Source: a virus
Lineage: Duplodnaviria > Caudoviricetes
IMG/VR virus record: IMGVR_UViG_3300037076_000071
Coordinates: 1-53,108 of that record
Length of the DNA stretch: 53,108 nt
Strand: one strand, 5' to 3'
A model generated the notes under the pieces. The model had not been told where the DNA came from and ran no database searches. It saw nothing but the letters and a program-made list of their open reading frames with translations. The position numbers were made by a program, and so were the translations under genes. Positions 17,538-26,289 of this stretch are shown piece after piece; positions within the stretch are counted from its first letter, which is position 1, and every line of letters starts with the position of its first letter.

Positions 17538-18452
17538 ATGGCGTGCATCGAAAAAATTTACAGCGTATCGGCAGTGATCGGCAATGGGGCGTGCAATGGC
17601 AACTGCCCCTTCTGCGCCGGGACGTATCTTAGGCCGCAAGCTCTTGACGTTTCCCCTTTGTATTGGAAGAACTACGCATCGGCAATCAAGCTGTGCGCCC
17701 GGTACGGTGGCTGGTCGCTGTCGCTGACTAGTTCCGGCGAACCGACTTGCGATCCACGGGCCATTACCAAGGCATTGGATGTTTATTCTGAATGTGCGGC
17801 ACAGGGCGCTTACATGCCGAATGTCAACCTATTCACGAATGGCATCCTGCTAGGCGACCGAGATTATTGCAACAAGTGGTTGCCTGAATGGAAGCGTCTT
17901 GGACTGACGAACATTGCAATTTCCGTTCACTCCGTGGATCGTTGGCGGCAAGGTGCGGCTTACGGAATCAACAAACCGTTTCCAGAACACATGTCGTTCA
18001 TTCCGCAAGAGGCATTCGGCTACCCAAAATTTGAAGACATCTTCGCCAATATCCGAATGCACGGAATCGGCGTCCGCACGACGTTGCTATTGCGCCGGGG
18101 AGAGGTTGACTCCTGGTATACGTATAAAGCCTCTGTGAAGCGTCTGATAGCGATGGGGTCCGACAACATCACTTCCTGGCCTGTGGGCCTTCCTGATGGC
18201 TCCAGAAGCGAATACACGCCATCTCGTTGGGGTCTGGCAACTATCCGGCTGTGGTTGAGAACCCAGGCGAAGCTCTGCCACGGTCACGTCTGGGGCGGCG
18301 GCGTCTACGACTACAACGGTGCAATCCTTCGCATGACCGATTACGTCACCAAGCATGATCCCGATCTGGACTTTGTACGCCAACTTGTTGTTTTCCAAGA
18401 CGGCACGGTTGCGTACTCGTGGATCAAAGACGGCGCTCTCTGCATGAAATAG
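17538..18452 (+). CDS. radical SAM protein
   Basis: CNGNCPFC (CxxxCxxC), SGEP, FTNG, ISVHS. Confidence 0.9.
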   Translation: MACIEKIYSVSAVIGNGACNGNCPFCAGTYLRPQALDVSPLYWKNYASAIKLCARYGGWSLSLTSSGEPTCDPRAITKALDVYSECAAQGAYMPNVNLFTNGILLGDRDYCNKWLPEWKRLGLTNIAISVHSVDRWRQGAAYGINKPFPEHMSFIPQEAFGYPKFEDIFANIRMHGIGVRTTLLLRRGEVDSWYTYKASVKRLIAMGSDNITSWPVGLPDGSRSEYTPSRWGLATIRLWLRTQAKLCHGHVWGGGVYDYNGAILRMTDYVTKHDPDLDFVRQLVVFQDGTVAYSWIKDGALCMK

Positions 18453-18465
18453 CCTAAATACAGGC

Positions 18466-18678
18466 GTGACAGTGCGACTCAAATATGGTTTGAATATGGC
18501 CGGTCAATTCGTTCCAAAAGGGACGGAGCTTGAAGTATTGGACGCCACCGACGAACGGGTACAAAAAGTCTGGCCTGGGATTCAAGCCAAAGTTGGATCG
18601 AAAGCGGTGGCCGTCCAATTTTCACATTTAACATTTCCCACGTTTGTTCATGTCAACGAAGTGGATTTTGTTAGTTGA
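18466..18678 (+). CDS. hypothetical protein
   Basis: TAAATA 5 nt before GTG. Confidence 0.65.
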   Translation: MTVRLKYGLNMAGQFVPKGTELEVLDATDERVQKVWPGIQAKVGSKAVAVQFSHLTFPTFVHVNEVDFVS

Positions 18679-18901
18679 GTACGTCTCTCTTGCCGGGAAC
18701 TGGTGGAATGGCTGGCGGGACGGACGGAGGTTTAATCGGTTCTTCTTTCTTTTCTACTGCGGATGCTGCATTGCTCATTTCTTGAGTAAGGTCTTTTTCA
18801 GCGTCTAACCAATCCTGTTCGTGGTGGCCGTGTTGACTTCCACGTTCAATCCACAATTGGTGAGCACGCTGAGTAATCTGCTCATTTGTTGGGGTTTTCA
18901 T
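18671..18901 (-). CDS. DUF2934 domain protein
   Basis: EQITQRAHQLWIERG..HG.HEQDWLDAE; TAAATA promoter upstream. Confidence 0.85.
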   Translation of the reverse strand: MKTPTNEQITQRAHQLWIERGSQHGHHEQDWLDAEKDLTQEMSNAASAVEKKEEPIKPPSVPPAIPPVPGKRDVLN

Positions 18902-18919
18902 AGTGCGGGTATTTAGCAC

Positions 18920-19363
18920 TTATTGGTAATTTTCGTCTTGAATGATTCCGAATTTGCTGAAATACCGGAGCGGACGCCATTTATGATCGTTGACGTAGAA
19001 GCCCCACTTGTGATAGGGTCTGCCGCACAATAGCAAAGTCCAGGCACCTTCCTTTGGAATGTCCAGGTAGTGCCGTTTGGTTGCCGTCGAGCGCCACACA
19101 GAGCCAGCAGAAACCTCAAACGTCCCATCTGGTGTGATATTCTTGTAGCGACCTTTGAGGATGATGGAGACGAAATTGGTGGCATGATCGTGGAAAAAGC
19201 GCCGGTCATCGGATTTGATCCAATGATGGAGTCTGATGGTGTAACCGAAGAGAACGAGAGTCCAACGGTAAAGATACGGGCACTCAGGTCTGCCAAGTGC
19301 TTCCTTCCAACGAAACTGGAAGAGCTTTCCGAATTTGCTATGATTGCTGGACCCGGTTGACAT
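18920..19363 (-). CDS. cupin-like protein
   Basis: IRLHHWIKSDD..FHDH..NFVSIILKGRY...RH...WTL...WGFY. Confidence 0.75.
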   Translation of the reverse strand: MSTGSSNHSKFGKLFQFRWKEALGRPECPYLYRWTLVLFGYTIRLHHWIKSDDRRFFHDHATNFVSIILKGRYKNITPDGTFEVSAGSVWRSTATKRHYLDIPKEGAWTLLLCGRPYHKWGFYVNDHKWRPLRYFSKFGIIQDENYQ

Positions 19364-19587
19364 TAGAAAATTGTCGCTTGAATCACCAGACTAGTACCAG
19401 CTTTGGTGATAGTTTTCTTCAGGACGACAGCCTCTCCCCATTTACCGCAGCGGCGACCACCAAGAGTTACGGTATCGCCTTCAGCAATGTTAGTGAGACG
19501 TTTGTCGTTGGGTGTGGGAAGCCAGTAAGTAGTTTGTCCGTTATTGCTGGCTTTGATGTTTTCGACTTTGGCGTTCTTACTCGCCAC
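19363..19587 (-). CDS. hypothetical protein
   Basis: ORF coupled to the downstream gene. Confidence 0.6.
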   Translation of the reverse strand: MASKNAKVENIKASNNGQTTYWLPTPNDKRLTNIAEGDTVTLGGRRCGKWGEAVVLKKTITKAGTSLVIQATIF

Positions 19588-19616
19588 TGCATGGTTACAG
19601 TACTTCCTTTAAGTTT

Positions 19617-19745
19617 TGGTCAGCGGGGAGGGAATCGAACGCCCCGACCTCATCCGTGTTGGTCGTCGTCAAACTGCACTCTGACCGGATGTGCTCTGTC
19701 ACGATGAGACTTTCATCCCACCGACTGCCACTGAGCTACCCGCCG
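19617..19745 (-). ncRNA. tRNA-like RNA with insertions in D-loop and anticodon loop
   Basis: Acceptor CGGCGGG/CCCGCTG-A-CCA, TA-GCTC...GAGC D-stem, CATCC/GGATG anticodon stem, AGGTC variable loop, GTTCGATTC T-loop; own promoter TTGACA-17-TAGAAT. Confidence 0.75.
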
Positions 19746-19818
19746 ATTACAAATTCATTCTATCACACTACTTGGTTGCTGTCAAATCGTTGGTGGTCGG
19801 ATCGCCGTTCGTGCCCAT

Positions 19819-20007
19819 GAATTATGGCAGGAGCGGGATGCCCGGAAGGATCGCCAGAAGTCGATTGGTTCGCAGCCGAAGAGGAACTGCTAAACGATTG
19901 CTTCATCAATGGATTCATGTGTCAGGGATTCGAGATCCTGTGAGTTCTGCAAGGTCTGCAATTTCTGCGAACGGATCTGTTGGAAAAGCAAGTACTGGTG
20001 TTGCCAT
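19819..20007 (-). pseudogene. possible disrupted small gene
   Basis: TTGACG-17-TACAAT promoter 6 nt before ATG 20007 (MATPVLAFPTDPFAEIADLAEL); protein-like text continues in shifted frames (DLESLTHESIDEAI; AVPLRLRTNRLLAILP). Confidence 0.35.
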
Positions 20008-20123
20008 GATTTTATTGTAGCAAAGGATTTGGAGTGCGTCAACTCGCCATATTCTCATGGTTTCTGGAGAGGCGGTGCTATACTATTTACAAAGTCCAGA
20101 TTTCCGGTCGGCAAGTGCTTGAA

Positions 20124-20465
20124 TTATTTGATCTCTCCGACGCTTGTCAGAAAGTCATTCGCTTCCTGCATGAACTTGTCGGCTTGGTCCAGGATCTTGC
20201 GAAGCACCCGTTCTGAGTCGAGTTTCAAAAATTCATCGAACGTCTTGGCGGTGCCGATGATGAACAGTTGCTCGTTGAGGTCGCTGATCCCAGTTTGTAA
20301 TGCCGCCGTCACCATACTGATCGGATAGTCAGTCAAATGGTTGCCGGTGAACTTCCGCAAGGCTTCGACCTGTCGCCGTGCCTTACTGCGAAGGTAGTAG
20401 AGTCTCCAGGCATAGATGCCCTTGATGCAGACAGTGTACGAGAGTTGTTCAAACCAGAGTTTCAT
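20124..20465 (-). CDS. hypothetical protein
   Basis: AGGAG SD before MKLWFEQ. Confidence 0.7.
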   Translation of the reverse strand: MKLWFEQLSYTVCIKGIYAWRLYYLRSKARRQVEALRKFTGNHLTDYPISMVTAALQTGISDLNEQLFIIGTAKTFDEFLKLDSERVLRKILDQADKFMQEANDFLTSVGEIK

Positions 20466-20472
20466 ATGGCTC

Positions 20473-20853
20473 CTAATAACGATTGCGAAGTGGACCATAA
20501 AGCATGTACGCAACCATTGAACTGGCGGTGCGTTGCGCTTCCACTTCGTCTACCTCTTGTGCGATGCAGCGGGCGTTCCATTCGCACGGAAGAGCCTTCC
20601 CACCGTATGATGCCAGCCGGATGATTTGGTAAGCGCTGGTGGTCAGTGGAAGGCCGAAATAGGCATCCTGGCCGTCGAACTGCTGTCCGTTGTGAACCAC
20701 CTGGAACGACTTGATGGTTCGCAGCAAACTTTCTACGGCTTCCTCTGGAATTCTCCCGGCAGAATGGCAACCGTGGTCGTCACGAAGACGTGCTCGAAAA
20801 CAGCCGACGTGTCCAGCCGGATCGAAGTAGACTTCAATTACTGGTGCGTGCAT
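20473..20853 (-). CDS. hypothetical protein
   Basis: AAGGAGA SD before MHAPVIEV. Confidence 0.7.
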   Translation of the reverse strand: MHAPVIEVYFDPAGHVGCFRARLRDDHGCHSAGRIPEEAVESLLRTIKSFQVVHNGQQFDGQDAYFGLPLTTSAYQIIRLASYGGKALPCEWNARCIAQEVDEVEAQRTASSMVAYMLYGPLRNRY

Positions 20854-21073
20854 TGCGGTTCTCCTTGTTGCGCTCTCGTTGAATCGTGACGGCGGTACCT
20901 TGAGTCCACACTTCCCCACCGATGGGATCGAGCCAATGCACAATCCGCACACAGCCGTTCTTCTTGCGCTCGACACAACGCCAGCCGTACTTGGCAAGCA
21001 TAATTTGATTTTTTGTGCCGTGGAATGTCTCACCAGCGAACTTACCGGCGACGATGTTGATTTTGTTGTCCAT
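20834..21073 (-). CDS. hypothetical protein
   Basis: MDNKINI start; overlaps the next gene. Confidence 0.6.
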   Translation of the reverse strand: MDNKINIVAGKFAGETFHGTKNQIMLAKYGWRCVERKKNGCVRIVHWLDPIGGEVWTQGTAVTIQRERNKENRNARTSN

Positions 21074-21077
21074 GATG

Positions 21078-21383
21078 TTATCCCAAGATGTATTCGAGCG
21101 TACTGAACCATCCAGCACCGGCAAAGGCTTGCTTCATCGTCTCGTCGGACAGTAAGGATTTGATGCTCATTTCGACAGACATGACACCTTTGTGCCGGAT
21201 GCCGCCAAGGATGTGCATCGAAGGTTTCCCGAAGGATTCGACCGGGAAGGGAATGGATTCTCGCAATCGCTGCGCCAGACCTTCGGCAAATTCCAACTCC
21301 GTGGAATAGCAATCGCTGTTGACAGAGACGGTGGTCGTTCCGTTGCGGAAGTTTCCTGTGTAGCGAAATTCGTAGTTTAGCAT
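21078..21383 (-). CDS. hypothetical protein
   Basis: TTGACA-18-TAGAAT promoter 8 nt before ATG, operator at 21421-21434. Confidence 0.7.
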   Translation of the reverse strand: MLNYEFRYTGNFRNGTTTVSVNSDCYSTELEFAEGLAQRLRESIPFPVESFGKPSMHILGGIRHKGVMSVEMSIKSLLSDETMKQAFAGAGWFSTLEYILG

Positions 21384-21433
21384 ACAAATCCATTCTACCA
21401 GAGCCGACCACCGTTTGTCAATAGATGTATCAA

Positions 21434-22024
21434 CTATTTCAGCAGCTTTGAGCTTTGCAACAGGTTGAACACTTCGCCGCTCGAATAGATCACGAAGATG
21501 GTATTCGAGATGGAGCTTTCCGGGTAGTCGGCAAAGTAGTTGGTGACGCCCTGGAGCAATTCACCGACTGCCGTCTGTGCGTCCTTTTCGACCACACCAA
21601 GCATCACGGCACAGCGGATGGCCGGAAGGCTCACCGACGTGTAGCCAGCCTCACCAGCGGCCTGTAATGCGGCGTAAACGACATCTCTCAGCGGACCCGA
21701 AGGCTCGTCCACCACGAAGATGACATCCTCGAATTTGGCAGTGTGCGGCTTTTGCTTTTTCGCCACGATCACATCGCCTTGTCTGAGACCGCCACGGCGA
21801 CCGGCGAACGCATGGATCTGGTTGTGGAATTGATTGTCGCTGGTGTACTTCGGTGCTCCGCAAGCCACGTCAAGCAGGTTGTCGATGGCTCCCCACCATG
21901 CGCCGCCAGGATTGACGGACGTAATCATGGCCTGTGCCGGAACGGTTGCGATGTCGCCTTTGACTAGGGTGAAGGTGTTGGCCTTTCCCATGGACGTTGT
22001 GAATTTCTTCTGTATGGATTCCAT
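21434..22024 (-). CDS. macrodomain (ADP-ribose binding/processing) protein
   Basis: LVKGDIATVPAQAMITSVNPGGAWWGAID, VIFVVD, SVSLPAIRC; AAGGA SD before MESIQ. Confidence 0.8.
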   Translation of the reverse strand: MESIQKKFTTSMGKANTFTLVKGDIATVPAQAMITSVNPGGAWWGAIDNLLDVACGAPKYTSDNQFHNQIHAFAGRRGGLRQGDVIVAKKQKPHTAKFEDVIFVVDEPSGPLRDVVYAALQAAGEAGYTSVSLPAIRCAVMLGVVEKDAQTAVGELLQGVTNYFADYPESSISNTIFVIYSSGEVFNLLQSSKLLK

Positions 22025-22025
22025 G

Positions 22026-22253
22026 TTAGATTCCTTTTCCGAAAATTTTGGCCGCTTCCAGGGCATCTTCTCGTTGATGCTGGTCAACCACGGCATTGTA
22101 GCGGTCCACATCTAAGTTGAACCGCCGTAAGATTTCCGCCTTTACTTCTTCCGGCATGAGGTCTTCCACAAGGTTACGTACAATCACCTGATCGTCCAGG
22201 TTGTACAACACTTGGTGGAAAGTTTCTTTGTGTCGTCTTGGTAATGAGTTCAT
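22026..22253 (-). CDS. hypothetical protein
   Basis: ATGA-coupled ORF. Confidence 0.65.
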   Translation of the reverse strand: MNSLPRRHKETFHQVLYNLDDQVIVRNLVEDLMPEEVKAEILRRFNLDVDRYNAVVDQHQREDALEAAKIFGKGI

Positions 22254-22984
22254 ATTTCGTCGCTCGTTTCTACCCACTTAGCTCCGCTGAAATCCATGAA
22301 GCCTTCGCAGCGGCGTTGCAATTCTTCAAAGCTCAGAACACCGTCGCTGCCGTATTCGGACAAGAAATCTTCTTCGTGTCGGGTATCATCGTCTACGTCA
22401 ATGCGGAGATGAGCATGACGATAGCGAATGTAGACGTAACGGCCATCATCCGTGCGTGCGCTCCACTGCGAAGGACAAGCGCCGCACGTCTCAATGATCT
22501 TTGTGATGACGTACACTGGCGGGGCCGGTGCTTCACGCCAGCCACAAAAGCCTTCGGCGTCGTTGTGGCATGATTCACAGGCGTGCGATTGGCGCTTGGT
22601 GTCTGTGGTGACTGTGCAATCATCTTTGCCGTATTTGCAGCCGTGGATGACGCAGCAGTGCTCTGTGTGAACGTCACGATTTTCTTCTAGCTCTGGTGTG
22701 AACATCGGCACAGGCAACGCCATGTGCTTGATGAATTCCAGATCGTGCCGGGAGAGTATCATTTCTTGCGGCTTCGGCTTGGCCTTGTTTTTGTATACAA
22801 TTGCGTTACCATCGGGCATCTCGACGGATTCTATGATGGATTCCGAATCGTTGGACTTAAACAAGTCGGTTTTGTAAATCATTGCGCTGCCATCGGCCAT
22901 CAGGCGCATGTAGCAGAACGGACTGACTTCGATGAACTTTTCGCCGTCCTGCATTAGATTTTGAACGTGTTCTTTGAGGGTCAT
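22250..22984 (-). CDS. mosaic hypothetical protein with Cys/His clusters
   Basis: HTEHCCVIHGCKYG..C, CESC, TCGACPSQW...YIRYRH. Confidence 0.75.
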   Translation of the reverse strand: MTLKEHVQNLMQDGEKFIEVSPFCYMRLMADGSAMIYKTDLFKSNDSESIIESVEMPDGNAIVYKNKAKPKPQEMILSRHDLEFIKHMALPVPMFTPELEENRDVHTEHCCVIHGCKYGKDDCTVTTDTKRQSHACESCHNDAEGFCGWREAPAPPVYVITKIIETCGACPSQWSARTDDGRYVYIRYRHAHLRIDVDDDTRHEEDFLSEYGSDGVLSFEELQRRCEGFMDFSGAKWVETSDEI

Positions 22985-23361
22985 AATTCGATTGTATCCC
23001 CCGGAAAATGCACCTTAACATTTGGACCCCACTGTGCAACACCGGGTAGATCCAACAGCTTGCAATAGCGTCTGCGGAAGTCGCCTTCGTTGGCCGGGAT
23101 GAGATAGATGCGTTCACTTATCACCGGAGCGACGATGAGACGGGCCGGTTCCGGGTGTTTGGATGGCGGGCAGTCTACGTCATAGATCTGAGCACAGCCA
23201 GCGGAGTTGATGTAGTACCAGTTGGCATATCGGCCACCAAGTTGGTACCACGGATGATTCAGGCAGTCTGCCGGGACGCCATAGCCGATGACTTCAAACT
23301 CGAAGAACTTGTCGGTGTAGTCCGGGATCAACGGATGCGAGAGCTTTGCTTTGATGGTCAT
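22981..23361 (-). CDS. hypothetical protein
   Basis: ORF in operon. Confidence 0.7.
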   Translation of the reverse strand: MTIKAKLSHPLIPDYTDKFFEFEVIGYGVPADCLNHPWYQLGGRYANWYYINSAGCAQIYDVDCPPSKHPEPARLIVAPVISERIYLIPANEGDFRRRYCKLLDLPGVAQWGPNVKVHFPGDTIEL

Positions 23362-23373
23362 TTGTTCGCCTTT

Positions 23374-23547
23374 TCAACTTTTTCGTCCATCACGGAAGCA
23401 GCAGAGCGCCTGGACTCTGGCGGTTTCTGCACTCATCCCCAGGTTTATCAACGAGGTACAGATGGTATCGACCTCTTCCTTTTGGAAGTCGGTCATTTCG
23501 TAGATCGACTGCCAGATGAGGTAATCTTCGTGTGCAAGTGTCTTCAT
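23374..23547 (-). CDS. small hypothetical protein
   Basis: TTGACA-18-TAATCT promoter just upstream. Confidence 0.55.
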   Translation of the reverse strand: MKTLAHEDYLIWQSIYEMTDFQKEEVDTICTSLINLGMSAETARVQALCCFRDGRKS

Positions 23548-23641
23548 CAATTTCAAGATTACCACATAGATACATCAATTGTCAAGAGGGCTAAATAATT
23601 TCCGATTTGACGGTTCCGCATACTCATGATATGATGGAACC

Positions 23642-23820
23642 AAAGAGAGCTAGATCCGTGGTTGGCCGTTTCGTGATTTGGCAACTCGTGGAGGCTGAAA
23701 GCGGCCTCGGTTCAAAGTAGAAACGTCCACGCTGTTCATCGGGCTGCAACTAGGATGTATCCGTTGCCGGGTGACAGTGATTACAAACAGGCTGACGGTC
23801 ATTCTGTGAATACACTTAGG
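23642..23820 (+). ncRNA. candidate ~180-nt structured RNA
   Basis: Promoter TTGACG(23607)-17-TATGAT(23630), no credible ORF; closing stem 23661-23678/23779-23796 with inner helices. Confidence 0.5.
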
Positions 23821-23904
23821 AAAAATGATTGTTTGAATGCCGTTGATTTGTTTTTCATATTTGAAAAATGAGTCAACACTAAATTGGTTAGTTTAAGAGA
23901 AAAT

Positions 23905-23951
23905 GGGCGGCAATCCTCATCGCTACCGGGGTTGCCGCCCTAATGTTTTTG
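23905..23951 (+). terminator. intrinsic terminator-like hairpin
   Basis: GGGCGGCAATCCTC...GGGGTTGCCGCCC followed by TAATGTTTTTG. Confidence 0.6.
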
Positions 23952-23967
23952 TGCCCTAAATACAGGC

Positions 23968-24471
23968 ATGAATATCATCTCAAAACCAGCATCTTCTGCA
24001 AATTACGGTGGCACTCGACATCCAATCCAGCTTGTTGTAATTCACGTTGAAGCCGGAACTGAAAACGCAACTATCTCATGGTTTGCAAATCCCAACGCTC
24101 ATGTGTCGGCCCACTATTCTGTCTCAAAGGCAGGGCAAGTTTACGCTCACGTGCCCGAAGACAAAGTAGCATGGCACGCTGGTATTCCTGCACCGTGTGT
24201 CTGGAACGATCAGAGTAAGAATCCGCAGCACGGAGTGAATCCAAATTGCTACAGCATTGGAATTGAAAACGAGGGCTATGACGATGGTAAGCCGTGGCCG
24301 GATGCACAGATACAAAGTCTAGGTGCATTAGTAGCGGACGTTTGCAAACGCTATAAGATCCCGATTGACCGCAACCACATTGTCGGTCATCATGAGATCT
24401 ACGCCGGTCATACTTGCCCCGGCGTAGCATGTCCGTTCGATAAGATCCTTGCCGTTGCGCTGGCTTCTTAG
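23968..24471 (+). CDS. N-acetylmuramoyl-L-alanine amidase (Amidase_2), probable endolysin
   Basis: VVIH, VSAHY, AWHAG, N..SIGIE, IVGH.E, TCPG; TAAATA late promoter. Confidence 0.9.
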   Translation: MNIISKPASSANYGGTRHPIQLVVIHVEAGTENATISWFANPNAHVSAHYSVSKAGQVYAHVPEDKVAWHAGIPAPCVWNDQSKNPQHGVNPNCYSIGIENEGYDDGKPWPDAQIQSLGALVADVCKRYKIPIDRNHIVGHHEIYAGHTCPGVACPFDKILAVALAS

Positions 24472-24806
24472 ACTTCTTCGTCTGACGGTTTGCTGATGAT
24501 GGTGTCCAGGTTGAATCCGACACACGGGTGGAAATTTTCCTGGCGCTCTGTGCCGTTGCCAACGAGTTTCAGATCGAAGGCGCAGTCGAACTGTCTCATG
24601 TTTTGATAGTTCGCACGCAAGAATTTTTCGGCGGCTTCTTGCTCCATCATGAACGTGAAGACAATGACGTTCTGTTCTGTTTCGCTTTGACGTGGCAACA
24701 GGTTCACACCTATTGAACGTGGTAGTCCGTCGCAGATCAAGTCATAAAGGTACTCTGCATCTCGACGTGTGCCATAAAAGGCGAGAGTGATCTTGTAACT
24801 GTTCAT
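24468..24806 (-). CDS. hypothetical protein
   Basis: ATGA-coupled ORF. Confidence 0.65.
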   Translation of the reverse strand: MNSYKITLAFYGTRRDAEYLYDLICDGLPRSIGVNLLPRQSETEQNVIVFTFMMEQEAAEKFLRANYQNMRQFDCAFDLKLVGNGTERQENFHPCVGFNLDTIISKPSDEEV

Positions 24807-25018
24807 TTTGGTAAGATTTCCCAAGTGCAGACTGCCATGACTTCCTTTTCGTTGTAGTAAAGCGTTTTGCCGTAGGACAATGGCAAGTCCACAAGTCCGT
24901 ATACAATGCTACCGGAACGAATACAAATTTCCATAATTCGTCCAGTTTTTCCCCGCATCATGTCGCCCACAGTAGGGCACACTAAGTCGTCAATGTCGTA
25001 AAGCGGTTGCTGCTTCAT
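24803..25018 (-). CDS. hypothetical protein
   Basis: ATGA-coupled ORF. Confidence 0.65.
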   Translation of the reverse strand: MKQQPLYDIDDLVCPTVGDMMRGKTGRIMEICIRSGSIVYGLVDLPLSYGKTLYYNEKEVMAVCTWEILPK

Positions 25019-25488
25019 TCGTCTTCACCTTCAAATGCGACCATTTCGCCGTACAGATGGTCCATGACGTATCGGCGGGGTCGCTTGGGCTGTGTGGTCT
25101 CTCGGATGCCCTTGCCGCCGTGCGTGACCTCCAGGACGAATACAGGGTAGCCTGACGCCGCATTGGTGTATCGGGTCACTCGTGCGCCCGTGACATCATG
25201 CTTGAAGTTGATTGCCAGCGCAACGTCTTTGGCGAACTGCATGAAGGATTCATCAGTAGCTCCACCGAAGTATGCGTCACCGTTGTAGTGTGTTTGGATC
25301 TTCTGTGCGGCGTCCCACCAAGTTGTGATGATGCGGTCGCTCCACACAGCGGTGGCATGGCCAGGGTCCACTTCGGCGGGGAAGTTGACAGCCTTCATTT
25401 GCATCCCGTTGAGGTTGTACTTCTCTTTGCCGTACAGCCGATCAAAGCTGAACGGGTCTACGGTTTCTGTCTGGAACATACTTGCCAT
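25015..25488 (-). CDS. hypothetical protein
   Basis: MASMFQTETVD start directly after the upstream stop. Confidence 0.7.
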   Translation of the reverse strand: MASMFQTETVDPFSFDRLYGKEKYNLNGMQMKAVNFPAEVDPGHATAVWSDRIITTWWDAAQKIQTHYNGDAYFGGATDESFMQFAKDVALAINFKHDVTGARVTRYTNAASGYPVFVLEVTHGGKGIRETTQPKRPRRYVMDHLYGEMVAFEGEDE

Positions 25489-25489
25489 C

Positions 25490-26281
25490 TTACTTGCCGT
25501 TCTTTGCCTTTGCGGTTGGAGCCTTTGGAGCCTGCACCATTGCCTTGCCGGTAACACAACTCCAGTTCTCACGATTCAGTGTATAACCCCAATAGGTGAC
25601 ACTCTGTCCGTTGAAAGTGAAGCTCAACGGAACTGCTCTTGTGTACACTACTGCCGCCGTATCACTGCCTACCCAATTGACGGGTGTAATGATCGGCATT
25701 GAAGTGCCTGGAGCGTTGGCGCTGGTGTAATCTCCAGGAGAAGTTTGAAGCAATCCGTTTCGATAGACCAGCACCGGGCCGACTGGCGTGCGTGTCAGCT
25801 TATACGGAAAACATTGGATGATGATGCTACCGTCTTGTGCTGTAAGAGCGAGGAACATCCCTTGCGGGTCTGCCGCCATCGTACCAGAAAATGTCAATGG
25901 AATTGTAGTGTCAACCGGAGCCGCCGAAACCGTGAACGTAATCAATCCTACCGGCCCTGGCGCAATCGACTTGAGATTCACCACTCCAGATGCTATACAT
26001 TTGTAAGTTGTGACGCCAGATGTTACCGAGTTAGAACACTGGATCGTCTTGTTGGCTTCGATTAGAGCCTGTCCTTCCGTAATGACGAAGGCAGCATTAT
26101 CTGCGGTTGGAAATGAAAGCGACCACTGTAATCCGGCTGGTGCGGTAACTCCTGTTGGTGTCGTTAGAGACATGACTATCGAAATGGCTTTGCCCGATCC
26201 GGTTCCGGGAGACAAGCTAAGAGACGAATTTTGGGCGCACAGTAACGGCACGCAGATGAGAGCAAGGATGAGAGATTTCAT
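25490..26281 (-). CDS. secreted cohesin-like domain protein
   Basis: Signal peptide MKSLILALICVPLLCA; APAGLQWSL...ANKTIQC...CIASG.N...I..G.V beta-sandwich pattern; second domain VYRNGLLQ..GDYT. Confidence 0.7.
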   Translation of the reverse strand: MKSLILALICVPLLCAQNSSLSLSPGTGSGKAISIVMSLTTPTGVTAPAGLQWSLSFPTADNAAFVITEGQALIEANKTIQCSNSVTSGVTTYKCIASGVVNLKSIAPGPVGLITFTVSAAPVDTTIPLTFSGTMAADPQGMFLALTAQDGSIIIQCFPYKLTRTPVGPVLVYRNGLLQTSPGDYTSANAPGTSMPIITPVNWVGSDTAAVVYTRAVPLSFTFNGQSVTYWGYTLNRENWSCVTGKAMVQAPKAPTAKAKNGK

Positions 26282-26289
26282 AGCCGTAT

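Noticed and set aside
19617-19745. Selenocysteine or opal suppressor tRNA explaining the TGA at 27003
   Set aside because: No UCA anticodon in a 7-nt loop, no long variable arm or extended acceptor stem, and the residue context favours Trp
19909-20328. Cys-rich plus-strand ORF as a RiPP or metallothionein
   Set aside because: Antisense to a minus-strand gene block with its own promoter; no SD or promoter support
20854-21411. N-terminal half of the 312-aa ORF 20473..21411
   Set aside because: Overlaps two better-supported genes in other frames; the SD supports a start at 20853
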